DNA of 64,000 bases from Nitrospiraceae bacterium UBA2600 (GTDB lineage: Bacteria > Nitrospirota > Thermodesulfovibrionia > Thermodesulfovibrionales > Thermodesulfovibrionaceae). Position 1 is the first letter of the stretch. Every line of letters starts with the position of its first letter. Both the position numbers and the translations under genes were made by a program. The notes under the pieces are model-generated. The model was not told the origin of the DNA and made no database searches. It saw nothing but the letters and a program-made list of their open reading frames with translations. Of the stretch, positions 1 through 9,395 are shown one piece after another. Location: assembly GCA_002339325.1 (NCBI GenBank), contig DDKK01000031.1, positions 22,632-86,631 of the forward strand, in the 5' to 3' direction.

Positions 1-1
1 G

Positions 2-352
2 ATTTTGCTTGTTGACCGGATGGGAATCTTAAGTTCTCTGTATAGAATGTGCGACATTGCAATAATTGGAGGAAGTTTTATTCCTCACGGTGGACAAAAT
101 CCACTGGAGCCTGCTTACTGGAAAAAGTCTTTCATATGCGGACCTCATATGAATAATTTCCCTTTTATTGAGGAGTTCATAAAAGAGCAGGCCTGCATAA
201 TGACTGAAAAGGAACTTCTTGATAAACGAATTCTTGAATTAATTAACAACAACTCTCTTAGAAATTCGATTGGGTTAAAAGCCTATGAAATTTTCAAAAA
301 GAAGTCTGGTGCTACCGAAAGAACTCTAAACCACTTAAAAGCTATCCTTTAG
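2..352 (+). CDS. waaA: Kdo transferase, C-terminal part (truncated by window start)
   Basis: IAIIGGSFIPHGGQNPLEPA and ICGPHMNNF match the WaaA/KdtA C-terminal motifs. Confidence 0.9.
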   Translation: MLLVDRMGILSSLYRMCDIAIIGGSFIPHGGQNPLEPAYWKKSFICGPHMNNFPFIEEFIKEQACIMTEKELLDKRILELINNNSLRNSIGLKAYEIFKKKSGATERTLNHLKAIL

Positions 353-1362
353 CAAGTTTTTCTAATTTATTCAGATTGTCTACTTGTCCGAGCACTATCA
401 AAATATCTCCCTCTTTAATTATTGTTTGGGAAGTCGGATTAAACTTCATTCTTCCATCATTTCTCTTAATACCAATAACTATGATGCCTAAATCTTTTCC
501 TAAGCCACTCTGAGCTATGGTCTTATCAACAAGAGGAGATTTACCTGAAATCTCTATCTCCTCAATCTGAATCTCCACATGCTCTGCCCTTGTAGCAAAT
601 TCAAGAAAATCAACAACTGTTGGTCTTAGAACAGTATGAGCAATTCTAAGTCCGCCTATAAAGTATGGAGAAACCACTCTGTCAGCACCAGCTCTCTTTA
701 GCTTATGTTCAGCCTCTCTGTCAACAGCTCTTGCAACTATAAAGAGATTTTTATTTAATTCTCTCGCACTTAATACAACATACAGATTTTCTGCATCAGA
801 AGGTAGAACAGTGATAAGTCCTTTTGCTTTCTCTATGCCTGCGGCCTTTAAAACCTCATCGTGTGTTGCATCTCCTTCGATATAGATAATCTCTTCATTT
901 TCAGGTAAATTCTTTGTTTTTTTCAATAATTACGATAGGAATACTATTAGCTTGGAGTTCTCTTACAATTATGCTTCCCATTCTACCATAACCGCAAATA
1001 ACATAATGCTCTGATATGGAGTCAATTTTTTTCCTCATTTTTCGCTTTTTAAAAACCTCCTTTATCTCTCCTTCTATTAAAATTTTCGCACCTACCGTAA
1101 GAGTGTATGTGAAAACACCGAATCCTGTAAGTATAAGAATTATAGTAAAAATTTTACCCTTCTCGTCTAAATCTTTAACCTCTTTAAAACCAACTGTAGC
1201 GAGAGTAATTACTGTCATATAAAGTGCATCAAGAAACCGCATATCTTCAATAATCATATATCCAAATGTGCCAAAAAGGAGGATACTCACAAGAAGAATG
1301 GACACAAAAACAAACTTTCTGTGAATAAGATTAACAATCGCTACATAAATTACAGGCAACAT
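342..1362 (-). pseudogene. Potassium channel (2TM pore + TrkA-N/RCK + TrkA-C), split by a 1-nt frameshift
   Basis: ORF 901..1362 has the filter TLATVGFKEV and Rossmann CGYGRMG; ORF 342..926 continues the RCK (GDAT...AGIEKA...AGAD.VVSP) and TrkA-C. The 1021-nt span is 340 codons + 1 nt; the break is at a T7 run (917-923). May be a sequencing error. Confidence 0.75.
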
Positions 1363-1422
1363 AGGCTGAAATAAATTATAGCATAATGAATAATCATTAG
1401 AGTTATACTATTTGGAGTAAAC

Positions 1423-2076
1423 ATGCTGGAACTAATCAAATCCTATATTAGCGATTATGATGCCCTTAAGGAAATTGCTGAAAGATGCCTTACTACTGAA
1501 AGGTGGAATGGCAATGTTCCCCTGATCTTACTTGATGCAGCAATTACATCTGTTGGAGTGAATTATTTTCAAGTAGTTGTTCCAAAGGTAAGAGAGTTTG
1601 AAAAAGAGTTTATAAAAACCGGAAAAGTCAATTCTCTGTCAAACTTAGCCAATTTTAACTATGAAGAAGCCTTTCATATATGGAAAAACAGGCGTTCATG
1701 GCAGGTTGCGAAGGAAATTGCTAAGTATCTGTCAACTCTATCGAACAACGATAAAGAAGCCTTAAGAACGTGGGCTAAAAGCTCATCTCTTTCAAACTGG
1801 AAATCCGACCCTATTGGAAAAATAAAGGGAGTTGGGTTGATAACCTATCAATACTTAAGAATGATGGGAGGCATTGACACAGTCATGCCCGATAAAATTG
1901 TAAAGAGAGTCATAAACGAAATCCTCATAAAAGCAGGCGAAAAACCTTTATATGATGATATAGCGTTCATTCATAAAGTTGAAACCCTTGCTAAACAGAC
2001 AGGTTACCGTGAGGTAGAGCTATGCTTTATGACTTGGTTTAAAGATAATCCAGAAAGAATCTCAGAAATGCCTTAA
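1423..2076 (+). CDS. Hypothetical protein with HhH-GPD DNA glycosylase-like motif
   Basis: 217-aa ORF with GGAG SD; IKGVGLIT...VMPDKIVKRV resembles HhH + catalytic Asp. Confidence 0.55.
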   Translation: MLELIKSYISDYDALKEIAERCLTTERWNGNVPLILLDAAITSVGVNYFQVVVPKVREFEKEFIKTGKVNSLSNLANFNYEEAFHIWKNRRSWQVAKEIAKYLSTLSNNDKEALRTWAKSSSLSNWKSDPIGKIKGVGLITYQYLRMMGGIDTVMPDKIVKRVINEILIKAGEKPLYDDIAFIHKVETLAKQTGYREVELCFMTWFKDNPERISEMP

Positions 2077-4565
2077 CCTTTAACTCTCTTACCAACAATG
2101 TAAGCTTGGCCAAGAGATATGCAGGCATCGTTGCTGGGAACATTTACGTGATAAAGAGGTTTTATGCCAAGTTTTTTTAAGGCTTTTATGGTTTCCCTTA
2201 TCAAATAGGCATTCTGGAACACTCCTCCACTTAAGCCAACTGCATCAAAGCCAAATTTTGCTCTGAAATGCTCTGTGAGTTCGAGGATTATTTTTATAAT
2301 TGTGTTGTGAAATTTCCATGAAATAAAGGAGATTCCTCGCTTACGCTCAGAATGACAAATCGACTTGGCTTCAGATTTTAAAAAATCCCTTACAATCTCT
2401 CTAATCATTAGCTTGTAGTCTATAACTAAAGCCTCTCCCTCATTGGAATTCACTAATTCAAAGGGGTAGCAGTCCCTCTCAGAGAACTCCCTACCCTCCT
2501 CTATTAGACTTTCAAGGGCTACTGCTGCCTCTGCTTCATGGGTGTTGTAATGGCATAATCCAATCAGGGAAGAGACACCATCAAAAAGTCTTCCCATACC
2601 TGAAGAAAGAGGGCTAAATTGAGAAAGTCTCTTTATTTTAAGTATTTGCCTGATTTTTTCTTCTGAAACTACTTTATAAAGAGGCAGTCTCATTATCAAA
2701 TCCATATCCTCACCGAAAGCATCGTCAATCAAAGAAAGAGCTATTCTTGAACATTCTTTTATAGCATTCTCACCTCCTGGTAAGCTGACAGGTCTTAGAT
2801 GGGCAAGTCTCTGAAAATCCTTCAAAGTGCAGTATAAAAACTCACTTCCCCAAATTGTGCCGTCTGTTCCGTATCCTGTGCCATCAAAGGCAATTCCGAA
2901 AAGCTCATCCAGTCCATGCTCTGCCATTAAGGATGCAATATGACAGTAATGATGCTGAAGAGCAAAAGAAGGAATGCCTCTTTTTTCAGCATACTCCTTT
3001 GCCCAAGCTGTTGAAAAATACAAGGGATGAAGGTCATGCCCAACTGCCGATGGCTCTGTTCGATAAACGGCTTTGAGATTGTTTAAAACCTCCTCATAAA
3101 ACTCTATTGTTTCAAGATTTTCCATATCACCTATGTGCTGGCTCATTATGGCAGAGTCTGCTTTTATAAGCGTAAAAGTATTCTTCAAGTCAGCACCAGC
3201 ACCCATAACATCGGGCAACTCCTCTTTCAATTGTATAGCCTTCGGAACAAATCCCCTTGCCCTTCTTATGAAATAGATTTTGCCTTCAAGCTCTCTTACA
3301 ACAGAGTCATCAACTCTCATAAATATATCTCTGTTGTGTATGAGAAAAGCATCTGCCACATTGCTGAGTTTTTCAAAGGCCTCTTCATTCTTTGTAATAA
3401 TAGGCTCTTCAGAGATGTTTCCACTTGTCATAACAAGGGCATCAAAGTTAGGCTGAAGACTGAAGTCCGAGGTCCGAAGGGCTGAGTTATCCTTGTAAGG
3501 CTGCGTAGTATCTGTTTTACTGTCATTCCGAGGAGCGTTAGCGACGAGGAATCCCCTCCTACCCTCCTCTGTCATTCCGAGGAGTGAAAACGACGAGGAA
3601 TCTCCTACTTTAGCTGGATAATAAAACAGCAAATAATGAAGAGGTGTGTACGGCAACATAAAGCCAAGATAGGCATTCTTAGGTGCTAATGCCTCTGGTA
3701 AATTGCACTGGGGCTTTTTTCTTAATAGCACTATAGGACGCATTGGAGAAGTAAGAATTTTTCTTTCTTCATCGCTTACAAGGCAGAATTTTTCAATAGC
3801 CTCAACGGAGGGAGACATGAGTGCAAAGGGTTTATTGCTTCTTTTTTTTCTCTTCCGCAATTCTTTAACTGCCTCTTCATTTCTTGCATCACAGCAGAGA
3901 TGAAAACCTCCGAGTCCTCTTATTGCCAAAATCTTGCCTTCTTTTATGAGCCTAATGGCTTCTGGAATTGGATTTTCAATTTCAGTTAAAGCACTACCTT
4001 CCTTTATAAAAAGCCTTACCTGAGGACCACAAACTGGGCATGCATTGGGCTGAGCATGAAATCTTCTGTTACTTGGGTCTTTGTATTCACTGAGGCATTC
4101 AGGACACATATTAAACACAGCCATTGTTGTATTAGGTCTGTCATAGGGAACTTTCATGGTAATTGTGTATCGGGGACCGCAGTTTGTGCAGTTTATGAAG
4201 GGATAGAGATATCTTCTGTCTGTAGGGGTAAAAAGCTCTCTCAGACAGTCTTCACATATTGACACATCCTCTGAAACATGTGTAAACCCTGCTTCATCAA
4301 TGCTTTTAATAATTTCGAAGGTTTTATAATTATTCGGTGGAAGTTCAGTTTTTTCAATTGAGTAAATCTTAGCAAGCGGAGGAGGATTGTTTTGAAGTTT
4401 ACTAATAAACTCTTCAACCCTTTCACCCTCAACCTCAATTGTCAAACCTTTTGAGGTATTTGTAACAAATCCTTTTAAATTAAGATTTTGTGCAAGGTTG
4501 TAAACAAATGGTCTGAAGCCTACTCCCTGAACAACTCCCTTAACTTCAATATGAAGGCGTTTCAT
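2073..4565 (-). CDS. hypF: [NiFe]-hydrogenase maturation carbamoyltransferase HypF, with two repeat-derived in-frame insertions
   Basis: GVVQGVGFRPF acylphosphatase, CxxC zinc fingers, GLGGFHL, RRARG, GDLHP, QHHYCH, FDGTGYG, SGGVFQN, NDACISLGQ. Confidence 0.97.
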   Translation of the reverse strand: MKRLHIEVKGVVQGVGFRPFVYNLAQNLNLKGFVTNTSKGLTIEVEGERVEEFISKLQNNPPPLAKIYSIEKTELPPNNYKTFEIIKSIDEAGFTHVSEDVSICEDCLRELFTPTDRRYLYPFINCTNCGPRYTITMKVPYDRPNTTMAVFNMCPECLSEYKDPSNRRFHAQPNACPVCGPQVRLFIKEGSALTEIENPIPEAIRLIKEGKILAIRGLGGFHLCCDARNEEAVKELRKRKKRSNKPFALMSPSVEAIEKFCLVSDEERKILTSPMRPIVLLRKKPQCNLPEALAPKNAYLGFMLPYTPLHYLLFYYPAKVGDSSSFSLLGMTEEGRRGFLVANAPRNDSKTDTTQPYKDNSALRTSDFSLQPNFDALVMTSGNISEEPIITKNEEAFEKLSNVADAFLIHNRDIFMRVDDSVVRELEGKIYFIRRARGFVPKAIQLKEELPDVMGAGADLKNTFTLIKADSAIMSQHIGDMENLETIEFYEEVLNNLKAVYRTEPSAVGHDLHPLYFSTAWAKEYAEKRGIPSFALQHHYCHIASLMAEHGLDELFGIAFDGTGYGTDGTIWGSEFLYCTLKDFQRLAHLRPVSLPGGENAIKECSRIALSLIDDAFGEDMDLIMRLPLYKVVSEEKIRQILKIKRLSQFSPLSSGMGRLFDGVSSLIGLCHYNTHEAEAAVALESLIEEGREFSERDCYPFELVNSNEGEALVIDYKLMIREIVRDFLKSEAKSICHSERKRGISFISWKFHNTIIKIILELTEHFRAKFGFDAVGLSGGVFQNAYLIRETIKALKKLGIKPLYHVNVPSNDACISLGQAYIVGKRVKG
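2326..2360 (-). repeat. Dispersed palindromic element copy inside hypF (reads ICHSERKRGIS)
   Basis: Minus strand ATTTGTCATTCTGAGC-GTAAGCGAG-GAATCTCCTT; first 16 and last 10 nt are identical to 62274-62309. Confidence 0.85.
3451..3486. repeat. Degenerate heptamer tandem repeat inside hypF
   Basis: GGCTGAA-GACTGAA-GTCCGAG-GTCCGAA-G-GGCTGAG. Confidence 0.6.
3521..3606 (+). repeat. Two direct copies (49-bp period) of the TGTCATTC...GAATC element inside hypF
   Basis: 3521-3553 TGTCATTCCGAGGAGCGTTAGCGACGAGGAATC; 3570-3602 TGTCATTCCGAGGAGTGAAAACGACGAGGAATC. Confidence 0.9.
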
Positions 4566-4568
4566 GTA

Positions 4569-5174
4569 TTAGAATAACATTAACTCTCTTACAGGTGAAA
4601 AGCTTTTTCTGTGAATTGGGCAGGGACCAAATTTTTTCAGAGCCTTTAGATGTTCTTTTGTGCCGTATCCCTTGTGTTTATCAAAACCATACATTGGATA
4701 GGCTTCATGATACTGCCTCATTATTCTATCCCTTGTTACTTTCGCTACAATGCTTGCAGAGGCTATTGAGGCGCTTTTCTGGTCTCCCTTTATTAGGGCT
4801 TTTTGGTTTACTTTTAATGCAGGTAACTCTACGGCATCTATTAATAAAAGCTCTATTTCTCTACCGAGATTTTCAAATGCCTCCATCATTGCACGACGAG
4901 TTGCTTCAAGAATATTAACTCTATCAATCAAATCTACATCAACAATTCCAATGCCCACAAAGGCATGATTGAGTATTTCTTGAAAAAGACTTTCTCTTTG
5001 CTCAGGACTGAGTTCCTTTGAATCCTTTATGCCTTCGACAAAAAAACTATCCCTAAAACTTACGCATGCTGCGACAACAGGTCCTGCAAGACATCCTCTT
5101 CCAGCCTCATCAATTCCTGCAATTATGCTATAACCCTGAAGCCGAAAAGACTCATCGAAGGCAAAAAGGCTCAT
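4569..5174 (-). CDS. rnhB: Ribonuclease HII
   Basis: [45 protein letters not shown]. Confidence 0.97.
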   Translation of the reverse strand: MSLFAFDESFRLQGYSIIAGIDEAGRGCLAGPVVAACVSFRDSFFVEGIKDSKELSPEQRESLFQEILNHAFVGIGIVDVDLIDRVNILEATRRAMMEAFENLGREIELLLIDAVELPALKVNQKALIKGDQKSASIASASIVAKVTRDRIMRQYHEAYPMYGFDKHKGYGTKEHLKALKKFGPCPIHRKSFSPVRELMLF

Positions 5175-5539
5175 GCCTTCTGATAGTCAGTTTTTTCTTT
5201 AACCTTTGCCTCTTTACCTTTCTTTGTTCTCAGGTAATAAAGTTTTGCCCTTCTTACATCTCCTCTTCTTACCAGCTCAATTTTATCAATTATTGGGCTA
5301 TGAAGAGGAAATACACGTTCTACACCTACTCCAAAGGAGATTTTTCTTACTGTAAAGGTCTCCCTTAATCCTCCGCCTCTACGGGCAATTACAACTCCCT
5401 CAAATACCTGAATTCTCTCTTTGTCTCCCTCTTTAACCTTTACATGCACCTTTACGGTATCACCGGGCTTAAAATCAGGAATATCAGACTTTTTAAATCT
5501 TTCCTCTATGGCTCTAATTATTAACTGGTTCATAGGCAT
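5171..5539 (-). CDS. rplS: 50S ribosomal protein L19
   Basis: [42 protein letters not shown]. Confidence 0.98.
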   Translation of the reverse strand: MPMNQLIIRAIEERFKKSDIPDFKPGDTVKVHVKVKEGDKERIQVFEGVVIARRGGGLRETFTVRKISFGVGVERVFPLHSPIIDKIELVRRGDVRRAKLYYLRTKKGKEAKVKEKTDYQKA

Positions 5540-6281
5540 CCTCCAGAATTTTTTTATTTATTTCAGAGCAAAGCTCTTTGAGAATCCTCATATCCTCTTT
5601 AGATAAGTTCTTCAACAAGTCAGGTCTCTTTTGAAAGGTATTTCTCAAAGCTTCCCTTCTTCTCCAGAGAGCTATTTTTTTATGGTCTCCACTTAAAAGA
5701 ATCTCGGGCACTCTCATTCCTTCAAATTCCTCAGGTCTTGTGTAATGTGGATAATCCAAAAAACCTTTCATAAAAGAATCCTCTTCTGCTGAAATCTCAT
5801 CTCCCAGTGCTCCGGGAATTAATCTCAAAATACTATCTATTATAACTAAAGCTGGCAGTTCTCCACCACTTAAAACATAATCACCAATAGAAATCTCTTC
5901 ATCAACGAGAGCTTTAATCCTTTCATCAATTCCTTCATATCTTCCACAAATAAAAGTCAATACTGCCATTTTTCTTTGAAACTCCAGAGCCACTTCTTGA
6001 TTAAATCTCCTTCCTTGAGGAGAGAGTAAAATAATCTTTCTCTTCTTTCCATCGCTTTTTATTTGCTTTATAGCATTAAAAAAAGGCTCTATCTGCATAA
6101 CCATTCCTGCACCGCCACCATAGGGATAGTCATCAACTTTTTTGTGCTTATCTGTTGTAAAATCCCTTAAATTATATACCTTCACCTGAGCAATCCCTCT
6201 TTTTAAAGCCCTTCCAACAATGCCGTGCTTCAAGTAGCATTCAATAACTTCAGGAAATATAGTCAAAACTTCAAATATCAT
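5514..6281 (-). CDS. trmD: tRNA (guanine-N1)-methyltransferase
   Basis: [47 protein letters not shown]; ATG at 6281 preferred over TTG at 6290. Confidence 0.97.
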   Translation of the reverse strand: MIFEVLTIFPEVIECYLKHGIVGRALKRGIAQVKVYNLRDFTTDKHKKVDDYPYGGGAGMVMQIEPFFNAIKQIKSDGKKRKIILLSPQGRRFNQEVALEFQRKMAVLTFICGRYEGIDERIKALVDEEISIGDYVLSGGELPALVIIDSILRLIPGALGDEISAEEDSFMKGFLDYPHYTRPEEFEGMRVPEILLSGDHKKIALWRRREALRNTFQKRPDLLKNLSKEDMRILKELCSEINKKILEDAYEPVNN

Positions 6282-6294
6282 AAAACTCAAAAGA

Positions 6295-6319
6295 AAAGGG
6301 CGTGATAATCACGCCCTTT
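6295..6319 (-). terminator. Intrinsic terminator-like hairpin between khpA and trmD
   Basis: AAAGGGCGTGAT / ATCACGCCCTTT inverted repeat followed on the minus strand by TCTTTT. Confidence 0.7.
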
Positions 6320-6339
6320 ATTTAATTCACTTAATTGGA

Positions 6340-6576
6340 CTATTCTAAGATTTCAAGGACACATCTTTTGCCAACTTTTGTTCCAGCAGCACCCAAGATT
6401 GTCCTCATAGCCCTTGCAGTTTTACCCTGTTTTCCAATAACCTTGCCGAGATCGCTTGGAGCAACTCTAAGTTCATAAACAGTTGTTTTTTCACCCTCAA
6501 TCTCAGTAACCTTAACCTCCTCTGGTTTGTCCACCAGTGACTTAGCCATTGTCTCAATGAGTGTCTTCATGCTCAT
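6340..6576 (-). CDS. khpA: KH-domain RNA-binding protein
   Basis: [19 protein letters not shown] motif; directly downstream of rpsP. Confidence 0.9.
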   Translation of the reverse strand: MSMKTLIETMAKSLVDKPEEVKVTEIEGEKTTVYELRVAPSDLGKVIGKQGKTARAMRTILGAAGTKVGKRCVLEILE

Positions 6577-6621
6577 GTTCTAACCTCCGTGCAAAGAGTA
6601 GTAAATACCCCACTGGGTATG

Positions 6622-6858
6622 TTAAGCAGAAACTCGTTCAATTAACTTTTTAACCGTATCCGAAGGCTGTGCGCCCTTTCCAAGCCAGTAATTAACCCTT
6701 TCCATATCTAATTTGATTTCTGCCGGGTCATTTTTGGGATTATAAGTTCCAATAATCTCAATGAAAGGACCATTTCTGCGAGCCTTTGCATCAGCCACAA
6801 CTACTCTGTAAAAGGGTTTCTTTTTTGCTCCTAATCTCATTAGTCTAATTCTAACCAA
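6622..6858 (-). CDS. rpsP: 30S ribosomal protein S16
   Basis: [37 protein letters not shown]. Confidence 0.98.
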   Translation of the reverse strand: MVRIRLMRLGAKKKPFYRVVVADAKARRNGPFIEIIGTYNPKNDPAEIKLDMERVNYWLGKGAQPSDTVKKLIERVSA

Positions 6859-6924
6859 TTTTCAACCTCCGTGAATTTAATCCTTTAACTTTTAAATATA
6901 TTATATTAGCATTATTAAATGCAA

Positions 6925-7872
6925 CTATTTATGCAATAGAAAATTTATTTTACTGAAAATATCCATTACAATTCTATCGCTATCGTATCTCCCAGAAATA
7001 TCAAACCACAAAATGTCTCTTTCAGTTCTAAACCATGTAATTTGTCTTTTGGCATAGTTTTTTGTCCTCTTCTTGATAAGTCTTATTGCTTCCTTCAGAG
7101 GATAAATATCTGCCAAGTAACCGGCAATTTCCTTATATCCGATTGCCTGCAGAGAAGGTAAAGGAAAATTCGTCTTTCCATGTTTCTTTATAAGTCTCAA
7201 TACATTTCTAACCTCTTCAACCAATCCATTTTCGAGCATTTTATCTACTCTTTGTTCAATTAAGCTGTATAACTCCTCTCTTTCGCGAATCACTCCAACT
7301 TTTATAAATTCATAGGGAAGCGGTTTTGTAAACTTCTTCTGTAAATCACTCATCTTTGCTTTCTCTTTAAAGCAAACTTCTAATGCTCTTATTATTCTTC
7401 TCAAATCAGAGGGAGAAATTTTTTCTGCCCTATAGGGGTCAATTTCTTGTAGAATTGAGTAAAGCTTTCCAGGTTTACCCTTTTCAATCTCTAACAATTT
7501 ACTTCTTAAGTTCCAATCAGCATCGGGGCCTTCAAAAATTCCTTCAGTCATTGCCCTCATATACAGACCCGTACCACCTACGACCAACGGAATTTTATCT
7601 TTCTTTAATAATTTTTCAAATATATCACCAACTTCTTCAATATAAGCACCAGCACTAAAATAATCCCAGGGATTAACGATATCTATCATATGATGGGACA
7701 CCTCTGTTCTCTGTTGAAGGGAAGGTTTTGCTGTGCCAATGTCCATGTATCTGTAAATTTGCATTGAGTCTGCGCTTATGATTTCTGTATTGAGAAGTTT
7801 TGCCAACCCTATTGATATGTCAGTTTTTCCAGTTGCTGTGGGTCCTAGTAAAATAATGACTTTTCTTTTCAT
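6925..7872 (-). CDS. miaA: tRNA dimethylallyltransferase
   Basis: GPTATGKT, IISADSMQIYRYMDIGTAKP, VGGTGLY, QAIGYKE, YAKRQITWF. Confidence 0.97.
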   Translation of the reverse strand: MKRKVIILLGPTATGKTDISIGLAKLLNTEIISADSMQIYRYMDIGTAKPSLQQRTEVSHHMIDIVNPWDYFSAGAYIEEVGDIFEKLLKKDKIPLVVGGTGLYMRAMTEGIFEGPDADWNLRSKLLEIEKGKPGKLYSILQEIDPYRAEKISPSDLRRIIRALEVCFKEKAKMSDLQKKFTKPLPYEFIKVGVIREREELYSLIEQRVDKMLENGLVEEVRNVLRLIKKHGKTNFPLPSLQAIGYKEIAGYLADIYPLKEAIRLIKKRTKNYAKRQITWFRTERDILWFDISGRYDSDRIVMDIFSKINFLLHK

Positions 7873-7937
7873 AGCTTAAGATATTATTTTTAATTATAAA
7901 CTGTTTAATTTGAAAAAATGAGGAAATTAAAGTCCCC

Positions 7938-7966
7938 TTGAAAATTATTTAAATATTTTATATTAT
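7938..7966 (+). promoter_or_regulatory. Putative sigma70 promoter for the stator cluster
   Basis: TTGAAA-N17-TATTAT, 9 nt upstream of the ATG at 7976. Confidence 0.5.
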
Positions 7967-7975
7967 TGTGAAAGT

Positions 7976-8737
7976 ATGGACCTGATTGCCATAATAGGCA
8001 TCTTGATTGGTTTAGGAGCAGTTGTAGCCGGCAACATTGCAGAAGGTGGCACAACCGCCCATCTAATCCAATTGGCAGCTGCCATAATAGTCTTCGGTGG
8101 AACCATAGGAGCTGTTCTTTTAAGTTTTACTACAAAAGATTTAATTTATGCATTTTTATGCCTTAAATTCGCATTTCTAAAAAGAAAAGTTAATATAGAC
8201 GAAACCGTTGAAACAATACTTGACCTTCTTGTAATAGCACGAAGAAAGGGAATTTTAGCCTTGCAGGAAGAGTTACCAAAAATACAAGACCCTTTGCTGA
8301 GAAGAGGTATTAATTACATAATAGACGGAATTTCTCCGGCTATAATAAAAGAAGCCTTATATCAGGAAGTTTACGCCTATGAGGATATACTGAGAAGAGC
8401 TGCTAAAGTTTATGACTCTGCAGGAGGTTATGCACCCACAATAGGAATAATTGGTGCCATTTTGGGTCTAATACATGTTCTTAAAAACGTTGCTGAACCC
8501 TCAAAAATCGGTATTGGTATAGCAACAGCTTTCGTGGCCACAATCTACGGTGTTGGCTCTGCCAATCTCATATTTATTCCTGTATCAAAAAGGATTATAA
8601 ATAAAATGGAAGAAGAAATTCTTCTTATGGAACTAATTATTGAAGGGATTCTTGGCATAGAAGCAGGGGTTAATCCGTATTTTTTAAGAGCGAAACTTGA
8701 GGCATTCATTAAAGACAGACAAAGAGAGAGAATATGA
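7976..8737 (+). CDS. motA: Flagellar stator A subunit (short MotA/MotC/PomA type)
   Basis: TM pattern, IIVFGGTIGA, ARRKGILAL, APTIGIIGAILGLI, FVATIYGV. Confidence 0.9.
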   Translation: MDLIAIIGILIGLGAVVAGNIAEGGTTAHLIQLAAAIIVFGGTIGAVLLSFTTKDLIYAFLCLKFAFLKRKVNIDETVETILDLLVIARRKGILALQEELPKIQDPLLRRGINYIIDGISPAIIKEALYQEVYAYEDILRRAAKVYDSAGGYAPTIGIIGAILGLIHVLKNVAEPSKIGIGIATAFVATIYGVGSANLIFIPVSKRIINKMEEEILLMELIIEGILGIEAGVNPYFLRAKLEAFIKDRQRERI

Positions 8738-9381
8738 TAACAAGAAAGAAAAATAATAAAAACGACCACGATGAAAATATTCACAGATGGCTAATTTCTT
8801 ACTCCGACTTTCTTACATTACTTTTTACTTTTTTTGTAGCCCTATATGCTTTGTCAAATTTAGACTTAATAAAAGCAGAAAAAATGACTACTTCACTACG
8901 AAAAGTCTTCAAAGTAATAGATGAACCAATATCATTTGAAGAAGACAGAAACAAAGCAGTAATTGAAGATTTGAAAAAAATCCTAAATGACATATCAGGT
9001 GTCACAATTAAATCCGACGCCAGAGGTATTGTAATTTCATTACCTGATTCTTTGCTCTTTAATCTTGGTTCTGCTGAAATAAGACCAGAGGCAAAACAAA
9101 CGTTGGTAAAAATATCCGAAAAATTCAAAGAGATACCAGGGAAAATAATAATAGAGGGACACACAGACAGTCTGCCTGTTTCTCCAAATTCACTTTATAA
9201 ATCAAATTGGGAGCTCTCTTCAGCAAGAGCATCGTCGGTACTTCATTTTCTCCTTGAGCAAGGACTTTCTCCGGATAGATTTACCATTGCTGGCTACGGC
9301 GAATACCGGCCGATTGCACCGAATGATACGGAGGAAGGAAGAGCAAAAAACAGAAGAGTTGAACTTATAATACAGAGATAA
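8734..9381 (+). CDS. motB: Flagellar stator B subunit, OmpA-like domain
   Basis: RWLISYSDFLTLL with ion-binding Asp; EGHTD, NWELSSARA, NRRVE. Confidence 0.9.
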   Translation: MITRKKNNKNDHDENIHRWLISYSDFLTLLFTFFVALYALSNLDLIKAEKMTTSLRKVFKVIDEPISFEEDRNKAVIEDLKKILNDISGVTIKSDARGIVISLPDSLLFNLGSAEIRPEAKQTLVKISEKFKEIPGKIIIEGHTDSLPVSPNSLYKSNWELSSARASSVLHFLLEQGLSPDRFTIAGYGEYRPIAPNDTEEGRAKNRRVELIIQR

Positions 9382-9395
9382 TTATAATCAAAAAT

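Noticed and set aside
915-926. A-AAA-AAC as a programmed -1 frameshift site
   Set aside because: The -1 frame soon hits a stop; restoring the gene needs +1
2490-2502. 13-bp CCTACCCTCCTCT shared with 3558-3570
   Set aside because: A single short low-complexity match that could be chance; not a flanking duplication
3521-3606. 33-bp direct repeats as a mini-CRISPR
   Set aside because: Only two imperfect copies, a 16-nt spacer, inside an ORF, and no cas genes
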